This document shows, one piece after another, positions 32,701-39,314 of a stretch of 60,970 nucleotides of DNA (positions are counted from its first letter, which is position 1; the number at the start of each line of letters is the position of its first letter). The translations under genes and the position numbers were made by a program. The notes below the pieces were generated by a model that saw only the letters and a program-made list of their open reading frames with translations, ran no database searches and was not told the origin of the DNA. Location of the stretch: the IMG/VR virus record IMGVR_UViG_3300033986_000160; one strand, written 5' to 3'. The stretch is from an uncultured virus (IMG/VR IMGVR_UViG_3300033986_000160). Taxonomy: Duplodnaviria > Heunggongvirae > Uroviricota > Caudoviricetes.

Positions 32701-33119
32701 TGAAGAAGATCAAGATATACTACGAAACGAACAAATCTTCCGCAAACCTGATTGCTGATGTAATCAACCTCAATACATTATACTGCCCTGAGAACCACGG
32801 TTTCATCTATATCACAGACGACATCAATGAGTGTGAATCTGTAGAGATAATGATGAATCCGACAACACTCTGGGGGAACGGATTGGACAGCACTACAGTG
32901 TACGTCAGGGCTCTCGACAGTAATCTCAATCCAGTAGCTGGAGAAAAGATGATTATTGATGCGATTTATGGTAAGATAGTATTGACGGACAATGTATCGG
33001 ATCAGTTTGGCGTAGTCTCATTCAAATATATAGCACCTAACGCCAAAGGAACTGACACGATTACAGTAAACGTGTACGGAAAAGATATTACAAATACCGT
33101 AAATGTTACTTTGAGATAG
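20787..33119 (+). CDS. Giant (4110 aa) tail fibre / adhesin-like structural protein
   Basis: Beta-rich and Tyr-rich. PNPxYDP linkers, LamG/ConA-like segment (~25000-25430), vWA-like domain (LDLYLVID...GGVSPEA...KVMFL, ~26870-27400), Pro-rich linker, C-terminal Ig-like domain (GNGLDSTTVYVRALDSNLNPV). GGAGG RBS. Confidence 0.65.
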   Translation: MYFGENSRIVPERKLEIIQQLHNNLIDRSKAKYITVEAVEGTTQFYPEKISTVSSQIHRLYESEFYAGWKADPDTFIHKDLYKTYILGKKYATIPYLSDKDRGEDSGIVSCVLDCVWLWYDNDIYNSTSWADIQAFINRHKSDNPSLKVHVDNGPNGIYIAWDGYITYNRATGHTVVNPDILKTNKIIYKLGLRNDAESVVIDMNMHSTYYKIPDCIYFDRGNSVVKTLDPGLEYIGMTAGTQCCYEMSGNYYIDIYCGENVSTITLPHGGDFRLVLHNTGIVDVIYSDDEQYIGYTVVTLPSAKDDAIDIVFSVYSDAIKTDIYSITPTLVEEGVIKEYIKKDHYATYYKTTTMIHYIKDIKAFDASGHEDTSLLIPHIAYRQKISPIWNKSLMYTNYSWRTGNDALAIASEPYVANNDLIICGNRIFTSGVSVHNILYDKLQVNFTALQNGTFNLYENAGFYFKGVPTCLIDNELFKKVELQFDASTKVDVVKSTDYRLCLINEFELSQNAAKVSYRFSVKGGMLAEDVTVPCTVAQYVNCINESQLLDWSGHPANSYYCIKIANAYLPVKTAYTKNGYGVFEIKWASKRYIVFGKITGCSNGILELEEKGYRICDISTHSLPITFQALTVDTDGNPHIIFGETDDVPVTYTDVSYIDANTNFYQNVRYRVGDGTGMPSGSMQTYDKLYYLGVNNENRFAPVALPDNKKTEDYTYCKLPRRKNPEYIPPYIPNPGYDPTASRFYYLPKPESYKFKWGTGDGTSPYTGKDGGGEYLSFESSVNIEHYIIFKCTNPNAVLKVNSSCYSRNYLSGGSSYESVFLHSHSYTLNPDGYVEIDEHGYDVRISFSVEGLNAGDKFTVFHATYNKKTYTWSGSINPNDYVEDTENVPVHPNPAYPPSPIMPNPDYDPNAPAMIDDPNFVPTMEPITVYLEDIYYANSLHGDDGKPATYEYAIDPSYSKLYFDFKVYDNKITSAIRTKILITLKRDDGSGITVFNKEAFSIGDNNPYRVVINNDGTYTKVRVELTCLSSSFDGISVLNGSSTITGTIKQAPSQIPNPDPASQEYIPNPNYESQCTEWLEPVFETVKIPSINTQTLFVNGPLYKTIDKASVPVYMKGTYTFRNMDFDNCAVEFINGKVRVSGTGVWYYNSSTPGSVDTRSLVFAKAIIYYDPATGKWSWDSDSVNGTEKPYETTDTVYNLEAVTNFDSLVNPTNIVTRDVNAVFKASNGPAYLEVHAFGNLKIMDISTDITADTNIVIEATKSTININVNGTSYPFSLGENPESAINNSFKVIYWNRNIEFIAEPIEGAKVSFKGYTEETLTGFDLQVFDVSGNRINNPVVDIRPLKNYELEDFDSNFLDGCFDTDVSYALVPRMEKISPYGLSAQGAVEAIQNAPSIAAPIDCTPKSTIVVEFDIKAKANIAGNSLIFSTTPGVGSVPADINLHINGYNCPQLSMNVLMNDNYTHVVVKYDFDAMTGYIKAYGQASQYPLTKYTRISSGEDCFGSLVATFFAGTRFSGIPASHVFNSIHVKNIDIYEEVAGVRREIVVRKKPNDTGKCLINDFTTLLDGATTPYPAYGFYKGNDKLSNYKGNYHSTSRTMIDELRMFKDKYIINNDEFGYSNISSEFYPKIGRTSMVTNSPDVNAFAYIDARYKESEYRTPWCAMFFTEQKTSRSYGFKIADDHEVTLNYKLKNLFTDSSEYTKTYLYDGDKCYEITSDESDMCITVKTGSKRIEVSKDGIVSEIFLDTPVHVGREFTFVIEATSKNIERRVSMLYFYFTGTVKPADTVSDLMITPFIADERDIVPEVEVLPFRRVDCSIDDYNLTSTVSSFDGGYTRHIYNDGDMAIVAGSVSGEKNTLVLGNKKIFEDNGVFGGHIFNYEFIVDAKGPGATLKFAHITIPLQEGKHSYKLKFYNIPDKEMLMGRTKQYGELWYAVSVDGGDFVHNLFTDFTESTMLHDGIIMPGWNESGWNTAPMYTNFIFEVEDGNEIVLYKGRIIENEFNQSWRMRSQNPVLNAIVKDTRNLDLYLVIDNDKLLYGEIANTILKELPVLLENADRYDIDLRVCVYTYCDTLNSIDSSGVPKSSPQWYTGYEDIMNVLKKMPLRDGGVSPEANVFGVLQTMPDIINAESAGRNKVMFLYNSSRMVDYPLTAPEMNAAGDEIRKLDLDTIDAVTTKYIEYGIYLHMAYNQNYHPKDYMYGVFYRMVMKRDLVDDKLSTVYHYYNDKIVISGSEGNMDIDGPVNTDGYPVYIDYMKLTGRPNYNLISDFDDVDSFVTVNNSISAANIFRHFIKDSTILAMPVTYYEDKAYYIASRGGMYKISEHTPVLESVRFTTQTQVINPTPGFYQQRYDEIIYRAFGTDVPYAPFDTIGRWNADNLVRKGENFKAFYRTTRRVDKNIKNYYHVLLAVAPSDIMLFGKSEKQILKDIINKAQYGDIISVSCITRQNNAYDTWFSIRPTLIYNQTKKERLLKDIDDMQIYPDYQEKTNALMSMYFNKLKNYYAANKGIFSVEDISYSSEDYNVNVLNLVMGRFDNETTHFDIKTIPSYFPINTRVQTVVLEISDNDSKAYKDMKGYFPYGVAKTKHPEEARAVIERELEVFNRKRCSFGHIAMELIGTSDKMSEVNIIRDVKDASNVQGAVYTFVGYTKINNPDQLYDVGFIIFGRLYGLKLTTEPMQYTLYFRNDKTSRTFSDSQCYGRQDVVFEAFYEPEDNYDPTKIQPCEMLIVDKFVYCEEKYSPHMIYFYADGENYVIDRLNISAMNATPNMRYVRPPINMIIDIDKGYEKDAEGKYTDYIGSTGMFIGVPSSGGNTSHWWDRPSDDKEPVTGIGTSSPFDGTPGGSNTTGDHEYNPPDRFYTDSIPEWPTPTPNWPSTPDLPQLPPKTHPPVSPQVCVRDWIKNLVLASAMKQFTQEKWDEIIANYGSIQSWLSFYCNDITKWTVVDENGTVVNYVIDETLGCPTLGITYSSIKEVRHKTLYSDVYEYTLKKPTTREFIQPENAQMMLKDQIDSDADLINCKLNGLHYSFDRYFIEDDYAFVDSTSDPDYNPYDRNAARTLDAAEKGDIEVYNAADGIWIRGGWVGQEYSGTVSKSVRISHKTSWTPVLFRDDLAYVLKNCYDELYTGLMDTLTNYITVDNMDSGVLLDWTVRDNVLLTAKATDISDSIVVHQTFNDAEPSKTFAIADLVTLLPDESYDFRLFIVDFTGNISINGTEYHDGDSIYFNSDSDTEFTIEANDIVIYKPWEETKTGFSGIVNGKEPYRKAYDGKQDYIVNLEPFDLPDGLINLRQTVEIENTPEIIIVRFEHEVEPGVSNVNGDLAYFTCGSLMPWTFVTDWVSTSVESDLFTLDSVLPSVVNIKVYNPKYEDYKDSVISNIHAVITSNDPNVKVISYDKSELTFEPEEDYREIPVTVKALPSAMSQWYPVIHNGYYYINNHEYFLYSKNTPDGEYSEEDQIVTKDLVYAIDIIMKSSSPEGVMAFNDSTAPDFTKGTKDGVVFRNAGLECAYISDTQYYKEFANGTYTSEEILLDKETPVEYLNTTYRSNTPDGTEIRLYMSAYDYTAKTWTDWVYVQNNTVPQMLVSKRIKYKVTLKPLNEIAEMQVTEVDDDLYDFFGIDGTLARNVTATSGCLENLDKSTTGEYYSVIKDYNTAVLRYTLEVEGTGNYTVEFATSDNKTDLTETATWIPAADAATTEMKQFVRYKVTLNGDATVTKITRTASIRSTHNVTPNFGELTIRYVIGGDRGVGETITQTVIGKLPRDGEWHDLIDTTLQAKLYPSIVSNGFKITDLLRLSVKTNDSTVEFDYQPDGKSGLKARSSKIETAVGPTPYIKFTDNTCVVTPIPQQFDPVIVFDEANGKYFTRVNFTDSEGRLTLTNVETFTGEGRSGIALSYTDIDPASLKITIDETEVDAEDYDILNNIIRFKYAIPEGAKITAEYSIKDSFIVDYNYKPEEDKAQITVHSDSDLKKIKIYYETNKSSANLIADVINLNTLYCPENHGFIYITDDINECESVEIMMNPTTLWGNGLDSTTVYVRALDSNLNPVAGEKMIIDAIYGKIVLTDNVSDQFGVVSFKYIAPNAKGTDTITVNVYGKDITNTVNVTLR

Positions 33120-33131
33120 TGGGGTGCCAAA

Positions 33132-35657
33132 ATGTTCTTAAATACCAGACCGCACAGCAATATACTCAATGGATACCAGTACAGCATACGTACTGGTATC
33201 CGTTTACCTTCAAACGCCGTCAATTTGGCGTATTATTATAACAAGCCACTGTCACCTGCGGACAACGTGGTTATTTCAGACACCTCTAAATTTGTTCTGG
33301 AGAACGTAAACCAGGAATACGACAATGAACTTATCATGTATCCTGACACAAACGGGATTCTTTCTGTTGACGGGATTTCTGATCTCGATAGTGAACTGTT
33401 TGAAGTAACAGATAAGTTTTGCGACGGAGTTCCGTTATATTATGGGTACAGACTGTACTACAGGCATTATGATAAGGTTGGCCCAAACAGCCTTGGTGAA
33501 TACACAGGCGACAGTATATATTTGATAGGTCTTAACAATAAGCCTATCAGCAAGAACCGGTATAAATATTCTATATACCTAAAACCGGACCCTGCAAATC
33601 CAGGAATGTATTATGTCTACATATACACCGCATTCCTTCTGAAGAATGAGAATATTATGCGGTGCGTTTACAATGCAATTGTCGAGAAGACAGTCGGAGG
33701 GGTGACAGAGTATGACGTTATACCGGCATACGAGGAACGTATAAATCCGCAGCCGTTTTTTAATTCTTACCAGGTGCTTCCCGGAAGTGTCACAGGAAAC
33801 ATACAGACCAACGTAATTAAGATAGACAGCCCTTTAAGGATTCAAGATACAAGGCAGAAGATTAACTTTAGCTATATTGTCAGAACAAGCGACGGTTCAT
33901 TCTCATCCAGTCCTGTAACTGCATCTGTCGTTAAAGTAAACTACGCACTTCCGCACGAAAAGGAATTATTTATTGGCAAGAGCATGATTGTCTCACCAAG
34001 AAACAGCGAAGGGAAACTCATGACTGCAAAGGAAATCATATTACGTGACAATCCAGGAGCGGACCTGAGCGATAAACTGTTCGTTGTATCATTTGATACT
34101 GATATAGATACGGCTGCAAATAAGAACTATATAAACCTGTCAACCGACCCTGATGGAAATTCCGGAATCATTGCTGAAACAACAAAAGATACCGGTATAG
34201 GATCTGATGGCACAGGAAAGATCGATGTCCCAAATATGTACAAGATAGAAGGTTCTGATATTGTTGCAGCTTACGGGGTAAAGAAAAAAGACCATAGACA
34301 GATCTTGGTTAAACTCCCAACCCAGGAAGGAGTGTTCGAGAACTGGTATCCGAGAATCCAGTATGGTAGGTTCAGCGTAATTACCACTGAAAATGGAAAC
34401 CGTGTAAAATACTATTACACACTCCCTGAATACAACCGTGAACTGTATAGTGCAAAATACGGGAAGCCTTACGTTGATATAGTCGACGAGAAACCTAAAG
34501 TTCTTAATTCAAGGGTAATCAAGACGAAATTCTATCCGCTATATGTTGAACTCGAAGATATGAAGTTCCCAAAGAACCTTACAGTAAACAAGAAGGATGC
34601 TTATGGCAACGTTATATCTCTGTCTATTGCTTCATGGAACTGTACAGATGGCATCATCGAACTTGACAGTATAATCAAGGAGAACGACGAACTTACTGTT
34701 TCCTATACCTACGAGGAACAAACATTTACATATCGTGGGTTCATAGACGAAACAATCAACGACTTTGTAAACCTTGATTTAAACCCTATGCAATATCACA
34801 TGGTAAAAGTAAAGACCGCAGGTATCTATAAAGACATCCCTGCATACTACCTATTTAATTTTGTCATCAATATCTGGATGAGACCTGTTGCAATGGCCTA
34901 TCTTGACAATGATGACAATGAAACTCTGAATACATCTTTCCCGAATGTTACTAACGCCATCTATCATCGGTTTGATAACGACGATCCGATAGGACCAAAT
35001 GACATTCTACTTGGGAAGATATATGTAAGGCATAACACAACAGTAAACAGTATTCAGCTTACAGATACACGGGTGCGTGGCGGTGGCGTTATCGAAAGCA
35101 TGTATGAACCTTTAAGAAAACAGCTTGAACCGGAATCTGACTACTACTGGGACATTGGATACTGGGATGGCGAGCCTTACTCAGAGAATGCGGTTGTAAT
35201 TATTCGCCTTGACAGAAGAATTCTGAAGGATTACGGAGGAAGGTTTACTCCGCAGGAAGTCGAGAAGGCTGTTAACAAGTTCATAGCATATGGGGTACTG
35301 CCGATTATAGAATACGTTGCAACATATAGTTCAGACAATGCTGTCAACAGAGACATCAAGGTTGAAAGCACTTATAAAAACAAGCTCAACTTCAGACCTA
35401 TATTCTCAGTTGACTTGTTTAACCAGGTTGTTGTTCCAGATATATCGATAGATTCTGTATATAAATCCGCACCAGCATGTGGTATAATTAAACTGATTGA
35501 AGAAGACATGAGGGAAAACATTATCTGCGGAGAACAATACGAGACAAGCCACAGGCTTGATACTGCCGACATTATCGGCATTCACGTTGAGAGAAAATTA
35601 ATGAAACAGCCAGTGGGAATTCTCAAGATTGTTGACACATCAGAATATATGTATTAG
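33132..35657 (+). CDS. Virion structural (baseplate/tail) protein
   Basis: 841-aa ORF in the structural operon with DTRVRGGG...YWDIGYWDGEPY motif. Confidence 0.5.
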   Translation: MFLNTRPHSNILNGYQYSIRTGIRLPSNAVNLAYYYNKPLSPADNVVISDTSKFVLENVNQEYDNELIMYPDTNGILSVDGISDLDSELFEVTDKFCDGVPLYYGYRLYYRHYDKVGPNSLGEYTGDSIYLIGLNNKPISKNRYKYSIYLKPDPANPGMYYVYIYTAFLLKNENIMRCVYNAIVEKTVGGVTEYDVIPAYEERINPQPFFNSYQVLPGSVTGNIQTNVIKIDSPLRIQDTRQKINFSYIVRTSDGSFSSSPVTASVVKVNYALPHEKELFIGKSMIVSPRNSEGKLMTAKEIILRDNPGADLSDKLFVVSFDTDIDTAANKNYINLSTDPDGNSGIIAETTKDTGIGSDGTGKIDVPNMYKIEGSDIVAAYGVKKKDHRQILVKLPTQEGVFENWYPRIQYGRFSVITTENGNRVKYYYTLPEYNRELYSAKYGKPYVDIVDEKPKVLNSRVIKTKFYPLYVELEDMKFPKNLTVNKKDAYGNVISLSIASWNCTDGIIELDSIIKENDELTVSYTYEEQTFTYRGFIDETINDFVNLDLNPMQYHMVKVKTAGIYKDIPAYYLFNFVINIWMRPVAMAYLDNDDNETLNTSFPNVTNAIYHRFDNDDPIGPNDILLGKIYVRHNTTVNSIQLTDTRVRGGGVIESMYEPLRKQLEPESDYYWDIGYWDGEPYSENAVVIIRLDRRILKDYGGRFTPQEVEKAVNKFIAYGVLPIIEYVATYSSDNAVNRDIKVESTYKNKLNFRPIFSVDLFNQVVVPDISIDSVYKSAPACGIIKLIEEDMRENIICGEQYETSHRLDTADIIGIHVERKLMKQPVGILKIVDTSEYMY

Positions 35658-35803
35658 ACAACTCCAAAAGCTATTGGCGAAGTCAGTACCGGTACGTCAA
35701 CGGAAGTGCATGCAAGTATTGGTGTGGAAGAAAATGATGCATGAACAGCTCCTACTGTATTTATATCTGTCGATGATAATTAAGACGTAAAGGAGATGGC
35801 GAA

Positions 35804-37288
35804 ATGAAACGAATCAAGTTGGGGATTAAAACAAGTGAGAATATGAATTACACCTACAATGTCTACAGGTCAACATCTCAGCAGGACCTGCCTGACAGTC
35901 TTGAGGTTCTTTCTCAGTTAAATCCTTTAATGGTAGTGCAAGAGTCACTACTTCAGAAGGAAGCTACAAACGTACAGGAGGATATAACCCCTGATAAGTC
36001 AAAAGCACCAAGGGCTTTGAAGACTCCATACAAACTAAGTTACGACCCTTTGTGCAGTTCTATACATAACTTTGTGCTTAGCATAAAGGACATTGACACA
36101 CAGGTCCTTGCTCAGTACAATATTAAGTTTAACAACTCAGGAGTAATCCAGAGTGTTACCGAAACCATTACAGATGGGTCAACTGTAACAACAAATCTGC
36201 ATATAAACGGAGACTTTGAGATACTCGGGTCTAACATATTTATTGCAGAAACACTGTTGAACGGTCATAAAGCTGTATCTGCAAGCTATTACATCAAGGT
36301 CATAAATGTATATGACGACAATGAAAAGCTCTATGACGGAATTGACTACAATGGACCGGTAGCCACCGGGCTCAGTAAACCTTCTGTGGTAAGAGATATA
36401 CAAGAATACCAGGTCGCAATGAACACAAAACTGCCTACATTCAAGATTGTATGTAGTGGCAGCGATCAGGGAGTTGTTTATTACTATAGGATTGTAGCAG
36501 AAGATACAATAGGCAATGTATCAGAACCGTCACCGCTTTTCTCCATGCTGCTAAAACAGAACCCTGCCAATATTATATATAAGCTGGAAGGTTCGTTTGA
36601 TGTAGGTGTAAAACCCGATGATGAAGTAGTATGGAAGACGCTGCTGCAAGACGCTCACCACAATATAGAGTACATATTCGGACAGCCTGGTACTGCTGAG
36701 TTCGATTCTGTTGGACCAATAGTTCCAGAAACCGTCCCTGCGTTTAATGCAGCACAGGTAAATCTTGATACATCCCATGTTGTGTCTGACAATACATTGC
36801 AGATTACCATACCTAATGTATGGATGGAGAATACGCCGGTATACAATTCCAGGAAGACTCTTGCGTTAAGAGCTATTGCTACCGACATGTTTGGTAATAT
36901 CTCTGATATCAGCGACATCGTTCCGTCCGTTGATGTTGATGTTCCTATTGAAAGAATGGTCATCGTCAAGAAGGATGTGTCCATGCTGGTAGAAAATCAG
37001 GCTGCTCCTGTTGCACTGGATGACGCAAACGCCACAATAATTAAGGATTGGGTAAAAGTTGACGGAAGATATTATGACGCTTCAGTTCATACCGGATTCC
37101 CCACAAATTTGCAGCTTACAAACTCCCCAATATGTCTGATGACTACAGAATCAACATTTAATACGTTAATTACTGTTGATGATTCTGTTGCAGCCGGTCA
37201 GATACTCAACTACACAATCCATATCTTCGATGCATATGGAAAAGTTGCTACGGTGTCAAAAGTTGTTGATACAACGGTGACTCCATAA
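35804..37288 (+). CDS. Structural protein with FN3/Ig-like strands
   Basis: YTYNVYRS, YYYRIVAEDTIGNVSEPS, LRAIATDMFGNIS and YTIHIFDAYG motifs. Confidence 0.55.
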   Translation: MKRIKLGIKTSENMNYTYNVYRSTSQQDLPDSLEVLSQLNPLMVVQESLLQKEATNVQEDITPDKSKAPRALKTPYKLSYDPLCSSIHNFVLSIKDIDTQVLAQYNIKFNNSGVIQSVTETITDGSTVTTNLHINGDFEILGSNIFIAETLLNGHKAVSASYYIKVINVYDDNEKLYDGIDYNGPVATGLSKPSVVRDIQEYQVAMNTKLPTFKIVCSGSDQGVVYYYRIVAEDTIGNVSEPSPLFSMLLKQNPANIIYKLEGSFDVGVKPDDEVVWKTLLQDAHHNIEYIFGQPGTAEFDSVGPIVPETVPAFNAAQVNLDTSHVVSDNTLQITIPNVWMENTPVYNSRKTLALRAIATDMFGNISDISDIVPSVDVDVPIERMVIVKKDVSMLVENQAAPVALDDANATIIKDWVKVDGRYYDASVHTGFPTNLQLTNSPICLMTTESTFNTLITVDDSVAAGQILNYTIHIFDAYGKVATVSKVVDTTVTP

Positions 37289-37299
37289 AGGAGGTTGCC

Positions 37300-37770
37300 A
37301 TGAATATAGTCAAGGAGAACAGGATTGTATTCAAGCGGCTGGCTGACATTAACGTGACGGCATATAAGATATTAGGGAAACAGACTATAAATGGCGAGAG
37401 TGTTACAACCACTCTCGCAACCATCCCAAATCCTTCTTCGCCGACACCTGTTAAAATCAGAAAGAAATTTGATTACAACCCGAAACTGGAGTTTGAAATA
37501 AAAGATGAAGTGTTCTACAACGACGAACACGATGTCGCAGCATACATCAATGGACGCAAACTCATAGATGTAGTTACCTTGTACAACCCAAGCAAAAGAA
37601 CTGTTACATTATTATACCAAGGAATTACAGAGTTTGATATAATAGAAATTGAGTATTACTACGACGGTATTGAGTTCATCCACGACACAGACAAGCCGAC
37701 AGAGTATATCGTGGAATTGGTTGTAGACTATACCTCAAATAACGTGGGGGATCATAATATCTTAATTTAG
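37300..37770 (+). CDS. Hypothetical structural protein
   Basis: GGAGG RBS; beta-rich ORF inside the operon. Confidence 0.5.
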   Translation: MNIVKENRIVFKRLADINVTAYKILGKQTINGESVTTTLATIPNPSSPTPVKIRKKFDYNPKLEFEIKDEVFYNDEHDVAAYINGRKLIDVVTLYNPSKRTVTLLYQGITEFDIIEIEYYYDGIEFIHDTDKPTEYIVELVVDYTSNNVGDHNILI

Positions 37771-37785
37771 GTGGTGAGTGGGTTC

Positions 37786-38727
37786 ATGGCCGATCAATTC
37801 AGGACATATACAAAGTTCACAAGACATGTCGACAACGCAAAAGAAGTTATAAGTGCCTCTGATATAAACAAGATTCAGAGTGCTGTAAATACAGGTGAAA
37901 CGCACATTATAAAGCTAAACGCCAACGATTTTTTGCAAAGGGCGTTATTTGCGTTTGATAACAACTTTTACGTCAACAGCATGTTTGCCGATACGCTTGA
38001 GAACTTACAGTATATTGACATGTCTCGTTCCACCAATATACTGTACAATGAAAAAGAGAAGTCACTTTATCTGGGAGACATGTCGGACAAGGGAAGCGTT
38101 ATTACAGTACCTATGAGTTCTACAAACGAAACCCCAATGAACGACTTTGTTCTTCTGGTTGATGAATATATACCTGTCGGGGCAAGTATTAAGTATTTCC
38201 TGTCTGTCAACAACATAGACTTCTATCCTATCAAGGCAAACGATGTCAATAACCCAAACCACTTTAATGTTGAATATGACCCTGGTTCAATTCTGAACCT
38301 CATATTAAGGATAGAGCTTACCAAGAACTTTGCCGGCGAATCACCGAGAGTATCAGGATATGTTGTGATGTACAACGACCCTGTCGTTGAAAGATCTTAT
38401 GGCCTCATAAATCCGGATCTTGAACGATTCCAACAGGAAAACCTTGGTGATATTATCTTGATCAGAGATAGAATGCAGGGTGACAAACTGGTCAAGGTTA
38501 TTGAGCCAAACATGGTAACAACGCTTGAATACAATGAAGATGGTTCGTTAAAGAATGTTATCACAAACGACGGCTCTACAAAAGTTATTGAAACATTGAT
38601 ATACGGCAACTACATAAACAGCCAGGGACAGATTGAAACAGTGTTGTTACAGGTTAGTAGAAAGCAGGAAACACTTGCCTCCCAGTTGAGCGAAACCTCA
38701 GTTTTTGAAGGAGGTAGCAGCTCATGA
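37786..38727 (+). CDS. Structural protein (paralogous tail-appendage family)
   Basis: ISASDINKIQ motif and LILRIELTK...SPRVSGY motif shared with downstream paralogues; ATG at 37786 (GTG at 37771 is an alternative start). Confidence 0.5.
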   Translation: MADQFRTYTKFTRHVDNAKEVISASDINKIQSAVNTGETHIIKLNANDFLQRALFAFDNNFYVNSMFADTLENLQYIDMSRSTNILYNEKEKSLYLGDMSDKGSVITVPMSSTNETPMNDFVLLVDEYIPVGASIKYFLSVNNIDFYPIKANDVNNPNHFNVEYDPGSILNLILRIELTKNFAGESPRVSGYVVMYNDPVVERSYGLINPDLERFQQENLGDIILIRDRMQGDKLVKVIEPNMVTTLEYNEDGSLKNVITNDGSTKVIETLIYGNYINSQGQIETVLLQVSRKQETLASQLSETSVFEGGSSS

Positions 38728-39314
38728 GAATAGAACAACAGTCAAAGAACGTTTACACCAAGAAGCCCGATAAAATTGAGGCTCACATACTCAGGATTAT
38801 CGAGCGTTTCTTTGAAACCAATAAAGAAGCGATAGAAGGCACGAGAGAGGAGATTATACAGGAGACTATAAGAAGAATCCGCCAAGATACAATCAACTCT
38901 TTACGTCAGATTATCATTGAAGAAATCCGGTCTTCAGTAAACGATGAGTTTGGTGTGCTGATTGACAAACGTATCAACGACATCATCCTTTCAATATATC
39001 AGGGTGTATATACCGTTCCTGTAATTAAGACTCACGAGTACATGGTTACCGTGGACGAATACACTCATGAAATACCGATTGAAGGTCAGGAAATAGCCGC
39101 TCTTAAAGACAATGACGTATGTGATGTATTTATCAATGGCCTTCTTCATAAAGATTTTACAATAGAGCAGGATGATCTTGGGTTTGTCAATAAGATTGTC
39201 ATGGCTGATACCGACCAATTGGTTCCAGGAGATCAGGTATGGATTAGGTTTATGTCACTGTACAATCCTAAGAGCAATCAGACCAGCACAACGACCGAAG
39301 GAGGTACGCCATGA
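38724..39314 (+). CDS. Hypothetical structural protein
   Basis: Helical N-terminus plus DVFINGLL...LVPGDQVWIRF beta module; ATGA overlaps with neighbours. Confidence 0.5.
   Translation: MRIEQQSKNVYTKKPDKIEAHILRIIERFFETNKEAIEGTREEIIQETIRRIRQDTINSLRQIIIEEIRSSVNDEFGVLIDKRINDIILSIYQGVYTVPVIKTHEYMVTVDEYTHEIPIEGQEIAALKDNDVCDVFINGLLHKDFTIEQDDLGFVNKIVMADTDQLVPGDQVWIRFMSLYNPKSNQTSTTTEGGTP

Noticed and set aside
20787..33119. Diversity-generating retroelement target in the fibre gene
   Set aside because: No reverse transcriptase and no adenine-variable repeat pair noticed in the window; a self-alignment would be needed to exclude it fully.
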